A DNA stretch of 64,000 bases from a gamma proteobacterium symbiont of Ctena orbiculata (GTDB taxonomy: Bacteria > Pseudomonadota > Gammaproteobacteria > Chromatiales > Chromatiaceae), in the NCBI GenBank assembly GCA_003094535.1, contig NATV01000102.1, forward strand, positions 6,507 to 70,506. Direction: 5' to 3'. The notes under the pieces were generated by a model. It searched no databases. It was not told the DNA's origin and saw only the letters and a list, made by a program, of their open reading frames with translations. Below, in pieces: positions 47,057-53,736 of this stretch (the first letter of the stretch is position 1; each line of letters begins with the position of its first letter). The position numbers were made by a program, and so were the translations under genes.

Positions 47057-47991
47057 TATGACCGGGTCACGCAGTGATTCAGTTCGGAAGCCAGTTTGCC
47101 AAACCACTGAAAGTAGCCTCCCGTCGTTTTCGGCATCTCCAGGCCGGCGGGATCCAATACGACACTGTTCAAGCCGGCCTGATCCAATACAGATTTAAGC
47201 TGCGGATCTATGGGTTCGGCCGCCACCACGCATTTGACGCCCCGGGTCTTGGCCTTATCGACGATATCCTGGGCGCTTCCGCCGGCTGGAACCGTTCTCA
47301 GTCGATAGCGCTGTTCAAGGTAGTGAAATTCATCCTGCAAGACCACAAACGGCTGGCCGCCGACATGGTGAAACAGTTTGTTGACGCGGATGTCCAGCTC
47401 CCAGAGGGCCTGGATGATCTGATCCGAATTGCCCTGGTAGGCCCAGTGGTTACGTTGGTCCAACCCCTGAAAAACCATCGTTATCGCCTCCAGGGCCGCC
47501 ATGGCGTTCAGCGGGTCCAGCCAATATAGCGTATCGATCGCCCCTTCGGGGCGAATGGTTTGCACCATGCCATATCCCTTACCCAATGACTCCATGTGCG
47601 GATCCTCATCTTCCTTCGCTGCTTTCCAGTCTGCCGGAGTCCGCTTGGCCAGCTGGTGTACACCGGCCGCGTCAATCAAGGAGACTGCCGCCTGGCCGGA
47701 TTCCGTCAGCTGCCTCCCAAGCCCGGGCTCTAAGGTTGCGCCACCCCAGAAGAGGACCGTCAGATCGTCTGGTATCTGCCAGCGCCCCCGCTCATCCTTC
47801 TCCACCAACAGGACTTCCACTGGGCTGCCCCAAGCCAGCGCAGAGGCCAGGGTGAACATAGGGGGCTGCGTAACGCCGACGCGGAACATGGCTTGCGGCT
47901 TCTCACTGGTGGGCAGATCACCGCCAACTACCGTTGCAATAAGTCCCAACCAGAGCGCGATAACGCTTACAACCAATCTAGCCATAACCAC
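47056..47991 (-). CDS. ZnuA-fold substrate-binding-like protein lacking canonical His ligands
   Basis: YWLDPLNA, FVVLQDEFHYLEQRY, VLDP cluster A-I framework; no permease or ATPase adjacent. Confidence 0.72.
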   Translation of the reverse strand: MVMARLVVSVIALWLGLIATVVGGDLPTSEKPQAMFRVGVTQPPMFTLASALAWGSPVEVLLVEKDERGRWQIPDDLTVLFWGGATLEPGLGRQLTESGQAAVSLIDAAGVHQLAKRTPADWKAAKEDEDPHMESLGKGYGMVQTIRPEGAIDTLYWLDPLNAMAALEAITMVFQGLDQRNHWAYQGNSDQIIQALWELDIRVNKLFHHVGGQPFVVLQDEFHYLEQRYRLRTVPAGGSAQDIVDKAKTRGVKCVVAAEPIDPQLKSVLDQAGLNSVVLDPAGLEMPKTTGGYFQWFGKLASELNHCVTRS

Positions 47992-48008
47992 TCCAAACCC
48001 ACTGTTCG

Positions 48009-48590
48009 CTATTCAGAATTTGTCGCCTGATCGTTTTTCGCCATGTGCCCTTTCACTTTGACCAGCAGCGCCTTATACGACCCCAAGTCGGCCAGAGTGA
48101 GGTGGCGAACCCCGCTGTGAGAGTTAAACGTGACCACCATTTTATGCCCTTTTTCCATCTCATTGAGGATTTTCGCGGCACTTTCAGGGGAGATCATCAG
48201 GTTGTTCCCTTTGGGTGCCGTGATCTTGTGGCGGCTGTGCTTATCGATGCCGATAGTGACGGTAGTTCCCGCCTTGAATCCCTGGTAGGTGGCGACCACA
48301 AAACCAACGGAATCGGGTGTCCACGCTGGCCCTACCTGGACAAAATTCTTTGCTTTCCATTCGCCGAACTGTTCGATGTGAAACATGCGGCAGTAGACCT
48401 TGTTCTCCTCCATTTCGTCGCAAGTCGCCTTCCAGGTTCCGGCCCGCTCTTCGAACAGGTGATCCCGCTTCATCGGCATGGGCACCCGCTGTTCACTCAT
48501 CGCGCCTTCATCCGCAGCCTTTGCCAAAACGGGAGCGACGCAAAATCCAATCGCCAAGACCAGAACAGTCGTAACAAGAGGATCTTTCAT
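48009..48590 (-). CDS. Invasion-associated locus B (IalB)-like exported protein
   Basis: GTWKATCD...YCRMF; MEKGHKMVVTF; ADLGSYKA. Confidence 0.65.
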   Translation of the reverse strand: MKDPLVTTVLVLAIGFCVAPVLAKAADEGAMSEQRVPMPMKRDHLFEERAGTWKATCDEMEENKVYCRMFHIEQFGEWKAKNFVQVGPAWTPDSVGFVVATYQGFKAGTTVTIGIDKHSRHKITAPKGNNLMISPESAAKILNEMEKGHKMVVTFNSHSGVRHLTLADLGSYKALLVKVKGHMAKNDQATNSE

Positions 48591-49732
48591 TAATCCGCCT
48601 CCGCATCATTGCGCGCGCCGCGCAGCACCCAGTTACTGACCAGCTGCAACTGCTCCTGACTCAGCTTGGTGTAACGCCGCATTTCCTTCAGGTTGTTGCG
48701 CCAATCGAACATGATCCACTTATCACGTGGATAGGTTGTGTGACACAAATTGCAGTCCAAATCATGGAGATCGGTCACATACTCCCAGAAGCGCTCTTCA
48801 CTGGATCCAATGGCAGAGCGTGGCACCCATCCGCTAAGCTTGATGCGGTTCCAGGTCAACTCATACTCCGGTTCCAGCTTGCTCTCTATTTTCTCCACTT
48901 GATCCATGCCATCGAAATTCATCTTGGCCAACGCGACGGCACGATTGAAGTCGATAAAGATCTGACTGCCCTCTTCCCTGTCCCATCCTTCACTTGTCAC
49001 TTGAACCCAATCGCCATCCTGTTTGACAACCGTCAACGGCGTACCGCCATAGAGCGTTGCCAGCGGATCTTCGCCGCCCGGGGTAGCCGTCATTTCCACT
49101 TCAGGCAGGATCACAACCGCATTGTCAGCGAGTTGGGCATTATGGGCTTGCGTATGATATTCGGCTTCCATCTCCGCATAGAGCTTCTCCATATTGGGCA
49201 ATTTATGGGCAATTCCTTTGTGGCAGTTAATACAGGTCTGCTCCCCGCTCATAAGCTTCTTGTGCATCTTTTGCGCCAATGAAGCCTGCTTGTCTGTAAG
49301 CATTGTTTCGTTGGTATGGCAGTTACGACACTCGCGGGAGTCACTCTTCTCCATGGTCCTCCATACATTGTCGGCAAGCTGCAGCCGGTGTGCTTCAAAC
49401 TTCTCCGGTGTATCGATGGTGCCCAGGGCCCAATGGTACAACTCTTTTGTCGCCATGATTTTACGCACCAATTTCGCACCCCAGGGTTTCGGCACATGAC
49501 AGTCTGAACAGATTGCCGGGACACCGGAGGAATTGTGCGCATGCGCCGACTCTTCATACTCCCCCTTCACCACATTCATTTCGTGGCAGGAAGTACAGAA
49601 TTCATAGCTATTGGTATATTCCATGAAGGTGTTAAAGCCGCCCCAACCAATAACACCGGCGATGATACCGACACCAAGCAACAGGCTTCGTGGGCCTGTT
49701 CCCGACAACCATTTGAGCGCTTTTTTAACCAT
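48590..49732 (-). CDS. TorC/TorY-like pentaheme c-type cytochrome (NapC/NirT domain + C-terminal monoheme domain)
   Basis: TM anchor, CTSCH, CSDCH, CRNCH, CINCH, HKGIAH, then CNLCH; start MVKKAL with AGGA RBS. Confidence 0.9.
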   Translation of the reverse strand: MVKKALKWLSGTGPRSLLLGVGIIAGVIGWGGFNTFMEYTNSYEFCTSCHEMNVVKGEYEESAHAHNSSGVPAICSDCHVPKPWGAKLVRKIMATKELYHWALGTIDTPEKFEAHRLQLADNVWRTMEKSDSRECRNCHTNETMLTDKQASLAQKMHKKLMSGEQTCINCHKGIAHKLPNMEKLYAEMEAEYHTQAHNAQLADNAVVILPEVEMTATPGGEDPLATLYGGTPLTVVKQDGDWVQVTSEGWDREEGSQIFIDFNRAVALAKMNFDGMDQVEKIESKLEPEYELTWNRIKLSGWVPRSAIGSSEERFWEYVTDLHDLDCNLCHTTYPRDKWIMFDWRNNLKEMRRYTKLSQEQLQLVSNWVLRGARNDAEAD

Positions 49733-49816
49733 CACATTCCTATCGATTACAGTTCTATCAGTTTCATCATTGAAGGAGAGAGTCGCCAATCAAGATCTAT
49801 CCAACAATTAACTATA

Positions 49817-49833
49817 AGCAATAAACATACCTT
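49817..49833 (-). promoter_or_regulatory. Possible internal sigma54 promoter for the TorC-like operon
   Basis: AAGGTATGTTTATTGCT, GG-N10-GC, shares GGTAT and TTGC with the other two. Confidence 0.5.
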
Positions 49834-49900
49834 GAAAACAGACAACCGCCTTGACCCATACCGCAATCGAAGTCAGTCTTAAAATTCAATAAAAGGAGTG

Positions 49901-49934
49901 AAAAAATGGAGCCAGCCCAAAGGACTGGCTCCAT
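49901..49934 (-). terminator. Intrinsic terminator after the dodecaheme gene
   Basis: 10-bp stem ATGGAGCCAG/CTGGCTCCAT followed by a T-run on the minus strand. Confidence 0.75.
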
Positions 49935-49974
49935 CCATTCAGGTGATAACCACCTCTTTGCCTGCTACCGCAGC

Positions 49975-52326
49975 TTACTTCTTCTGAGCGGCAATGGCCT
50001 TCAGCGCTTTCTTCATGAACTGCTGGTGTTCGAAGCTATCCATAACGCCAGGCTTGGATACCTTCTTCCAGAATTCAGGATTGAAACGCTCTTCGTGACA
50101 TCCGAGGCAGACACCGGTCTTCTCGATGGCGTCACGCTTCTCATCAGGCAGAGGACCTGTCAGCGGCCAGTGAGAACCTACGGAACTCAACTGTTCGCCA
50201 TCCTCGGTAACGATCGCGGACCAGTCGTAGGTCAGGCCGGGGATGCCGGGGATCTGAACCTGGGTCTTCTGAGGAATGATCTTGCCACTCGCGGAGTCCT
50301 TCAGATCCAGGACGAAGTCCTTGTCGGCACCCAACAGGAAGCGACCGCCCTCAACACCGTAGCCCAATGCCTTGGGATTGTCGTGACAGGACTCACAGCT
50401 CCGGGCGCTACGGCCAGCGGTGTGAGGCTGTACGGCGGCGGTATCGATACCTGGACCTTCAGGGGTCTCCCAGATCTTGTTGTTGACCAGGGTCTTGCCG
50501 TCTTTGTCGATAACCGTGGTGGTTACCTGACAACCAGGCATCATCGGGCTGACACGGCCTTCACCGTTGATACCGAGTACCGGCGTCTCCCAACGCAGAT
50601 AGGAGCGGGTCTCCATGACCTTGCCAGGGCTTTTCATACCATTGGTGTTGGGCGGTGCATCCGGGGTCAGACCGGTCTTGGGATCACGGTTGCTGGCGTT
50701 GACGAGCCAGTCGGTACCCTTATTGTCTTTGGAGTAGTCGACGGTGACGTGACAACCGTAACACTGCGGAACCCAGTCGGCGTGACAAGCGTAGCACTCC
50801 ATGTTGTTCTGATGTTGAGGAATCAGGAACATGGAAACCTTCGCCAGCGTAGACTTGAAGGTGCCTTCGTCACCGATCTGCTTCAGCAGCGGAACCCTGA
50901 AGTCCAGGCCGTTGGCGGAGTGAACGATAACGTCCTTGCCCTTCTTGACCACATTACCCAAGGGGTTGCCCCGGGCAGTCAGTAGGAAACCATCTTCAGG
51001 TTCGTACTGGGTGGCGTCTTTCATGTACTCGGGCCACTCCTTGCCGAGTCCGCGCGCCTTGGTGTCGGCGGTCGGCAGACCGTCTTTCATCTCACCGAAC
51101 TCTTCGCCACGACCCAGGGGCAGATCCCAAGGCAGTTTATTGAAGGTACCGTGACAGTCTTCACATTCGACCTCAACCTGAGCCAGGGTGGTGCCGGGGA
51201 TGTTGCCGTCACCATGCAGATCGATGGTGGTATGGCAGTCCTGACAGAGCATGCCGCCTTTCGGGTTGCCGGCAATCGAGTTCATTTCATGGTGAAGGTC
51301 TTCCTTGATGAACAGGTAACGCTTGGTGTGCATCTTGGGCTGCTTCTTGCCCTTTTCATTGAAAGGAGAACCGTAAGGCGCTTCCATGATGCCCTGATAG
51401 CTGACACCTACACGCTTACCGCGGTTGTGGCAAGAGACACAGGTTTCAACCGGGATACCGGAGTATTCAACCTCGCCAACCTTGACCTTGGTCTTACGGG
51501 TGCCCTGCATGCGGTGAGTCAGTATGTGACCCGCCTCGTCCTTGTTGATGGTGGGGTCGCCGCCTTCGTAGAAGCCGTCATTGGAGTAAGGCACGTGACA
51601 GGCGGAACAACCGGACCCGCGGTAGTCACCACGCTTGTCGCGACCGGTAACACCAACGTGACAGCGCTGACAGTCATGACGGGAGTAGGTAAGACCCGCG
51701 TGGTTGGGATTGTCGGTCAGCTTGGCCAAATCCACCTGGGGCAGCTGTTTCAGCCGCTTGGGCATCTGGTCCGGATGTTTCTTGACGAAGTCCTTCATGT
51801 ACTTCTTGTACGCTTTGGTACCGACCAGAGGCACAGGACCGTCCTCGTCCATGACGTCGTAGTTGCCCCAGACAACCTTCATGTCTTTCTGATAGCCCCA
51901 GGACCACATGTTGCCCTGCAGCTTACCGGCCTCGGTATTCATCAGGGATTTGTTCAGACGGTCGTAGTACCCGGAGTGGCACTGGCCACAGGCCTGGTCG
52001 TTAACCGGCATTGCACCGGGATCCGGCAGGAAGTTCTTGGGACCGCCCTTTTTGGCCAGGGCGGCGGGTGAGCCCATATGGGCTTTCATTTTGTCCTTCT
52101 CTTCGGCTGGGTTGCCACCGTGACAGACCACGCAGCCCGCGGGGTCCCCCAGTTCGGCGCCCATCTTTTCAATGTCCTCCTGCATGACACCGTCACTAAA
52201 GCGTTCAACGCCTTCGTGACAAGCCAGACAGGCTTTGCCTTCGGCTTCAGCGATAGGGACGAAAGTAGTGCCTCCGCTACCCCATCCGACTAACGCCACA
52301 ATTGCAAGTAATGCTAGGCGTTTCAT
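49975..52326 (-). CDS. Periplasmic dodecaheme c-type cytochrome
   Basis: Signal peptide; 12 CxxCH (CLACH, CVVCH, CGQCH, CQRCH, CSACH, CVSCH, CQDCH, CEDCH, CYACH, CYGCH, CESCH, CLGCH); one extra Cys in PGCQ. Confidence 0.93.
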   Translation of the reverse strand: MKRLALLAIVALVGWGSGGTTFVPIAEAEGKACLACHEGVERFSDGVMQEDIEKMGAELGDPAGCVVCHGGNPAEEKDKMKAHMGSPAALAKKGGPKNFLPDPGAMPVNDQACGQCHSGYYDRLNKSLMNTEAGKLQGNMWSWGYQKDMKVVWGNYDVMDEDGPVPLVGTKAYKKYMKDFVKKHPDQMPKRLKQLPQVDLAKLTDNPNHAGLTYSRHDCQRCHVGVTGRDKRGDYRGSGCSACHVPYSNDGFYEGGDPTINKDEAGHILTHRMQGTRKTKVKVGEVEYSGIPVETCVSCHNRGKRVGVSYQGIMEAPYGSPFNEKGKKQPKMHTKRYLFIKEDLHHEMNSIAGNPKGGMLCQDCHTTIDLHGDGNIPGTTLAQVEVECEDCHGTFNKLPWDLPLGRGEEFGEMKDGLPTADTKARGLGKEWPEYMKDATQYEPEDGFLLTARGNPLGNVVKKGKDVIVHSANGLDFRVPLLKQIGDEGTFKSTLAKVSMFLIPQHQNNMECYACHADWVPQCYGCHVTVDYSKDNKGTDWLVNASNRDPKTGLTPDAPPNTNGMKSPGKVMETRSYLRWETPVLGINGEGRVSPMMPGCQVTTTVIDKDGKTLVNNKIWETPEGPGIDTAAVQPHTAGRSARSCESCHDNPKALGYGVEGGRFLLGADKDFVLDLKDSASGKIIPQKTQVQIPGIPGLTYDWSAIVTEDGEQLSSVGSHWPLTGPLPDEKRDAIEKTGVCLGCHEERFNPEFWKKVSKPGVMDSFEHQQFMKKALKAIAAQKK

Positions 52327-52459
52327 TATTTGTTAGCTCCCAATTGATAAGAAAAGATGCTTCCGGCCAACGGAAGCGGCGAAAAAGGGCTTTCACACCC
52401 ACGCAATCTCTTGTATGTGATCACTCCCCCAGAAAACACACGCAATGCATGGAAATAGG

Positions 52460-52476
52460 GGCAAAATCCATACCAC
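52460..52476 (-). promoter_or_regulatory. Sigma54 (-24/-12) promoter of the dodecaheme gene
   Basis: GTGGTATGGATTTTGCC, GG-N10-GC. Confidence 0.68.
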
Positions 52477-52660
52477 TACCAATTTTTGGGAAGCGTAGAA
52501 CGATAAAAGCCAGGCCGGAGAGCGTCCGGAAAGATAGGTTAAATACCGAATATTCCTGAATTACAGCACGTTACACGATCTACCTACTTTGGTGTAATTT
52601 GATCTACCTCGTGGAGTGTGAATCAGCGCTGAACCTGTCGCGGAATAAAACCCCAGATTC

Positions 52661-52709
52661 TTTGAACGAATCGTTCAATCAGCGCCAGTTGGGTGAATAA
52701 TCCGTTCAA
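52661..52709 (-). promoter_or_regulatory. Tandem upstream activator sites (perfect + weak palindrome)
   Basis: TTGAACGA-A-TCGTTCAA (52662-52678) and, on the minus strand, TTGAACGG-A-TTATTCAC (52693-52709); extra half-site at 52742-52751. Confidence 0.75.
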
Positions 52710-52936
52710 GCCAATCAAGCAATAGAAGAGGCACCCTGGATTCCGTTCAAGTGCCATTTGATAATCATCGATACCGCTATCAATGTCCGTATCGCTCTCA
52801 ACCAGTACTGCATTGGCAGCTTAAACCTGAACATGCCTCCATAGGGTAAAAATGCTATGCCACGTGCGGTTAAGATATAATTTTTGTACGCTGTGGAAAG
52901 AGTCAATCCCTTAGATTACAAACACGGGAGGAGCTG

Positions 52937-53728
52937 ATGCCGAATCGAACTTGCGCCCTGGTCACGGGCGCCACCGGCGCCATCGGTGAGGCCATCGCCC
53001 GGGGATTGGCGGCCGACGACACGCGGGAGGTGGTGCTGGTCGCCCGCAACCGGGACAAGGCGCAACGCACCGTGCAGCGTATCCAGCGTGAGACGGGCAA
53101 TGTCCGGGTACGCTTTGAAATGGCCGACCTTTCCCGTGGTGGTGCAATCCGTGATCTCGCGTCGCGTTGGCAGGGTCCACTGCATATCCTGGTCAACAAC
53201 GCCGCCATCACGCCGCCCCGGCGAGAGCAATCAGCGGAAGGCGTGGAACTACAGTTCGCCACCAATGTATTGGCCTATTTTCGCATGATCCGCGCCTTCA
53301 CCCCGTACATGCCCGCCACCGGGGGGGCGCAGGTGGTGAACGTGGCAAGCTACTGGGCAGGCGGCCTGGAGCTGGACGACCTGGAGTTTCGCCGCCGGCG
53401 CTACAACAACGATGCCGCCTACCGCCAGTCGAAACAGGCCGACCGGATGCTCAGCACGGCATTTGCGCAACGGCTGGTTGATAAAGGCATCCGCGTCAAC
53501 GCCTGCCACCCCGGCGACGTCAACTCGAACCTCAGCAACAATCTCGGCTTCGGCGGGCATCAGAGCCCGGAGGAAGGGGCGGACACCCCTGTTTGGCTGG
53601 CCCTTGGCGGTGCTGGAGTCAATGCGACGGGACACTATTTCGAAAAACGTCGAATGGTGCCTTGTGGATTCAGCAAAGACCAGGATACGGTGGAACGATT
53701 ATTCGAGGCCTGTGAAGCCTTTGGCTGA
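52937..53728 (+). CDS. Short-chain dehydrogenase/reductase (retinol-dehydrogenase-like)
   Basis: TGATGAIG, LVNNAA, YRQSK, ACHPG. Confidence 0.92.
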   Translation: MPNRTCALVTGATGAIGEAIARGLAADDTREVVLVARNRDKAQRTVQRIQRETGNVRVRFEMADLSRGGAIRDLASRWQGPLHILVNNAAITPPRREQSAEGVELQFATNVLAYFRMIRAFTPYMPATGGAQVVNVASYWAGGLELDDLEFRRRRYNNDAAYRQSKQADRMLSTAFAQRLVDKGIRVNACHPGDVNSNLSNNLGFGGHQSPEEGADTPVWLALGGAGVNATGHYFEKRRMVPCGFSKDQDTVERLFEACEAFG

Positions 53729-53736
53729 TTCCGCGG

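Noticed and set aside
49906-50985. 359-aa + strand ORF and similar long antisense ORFs over GC-rich genes
   Set aside because: Shadows of well-supported opposite-strand genes
48590-52326. Canonical tor, nap or nrf operon
   Set aside because: No molybdopterin subunit, no TorD chaperone and no CxxCK motif
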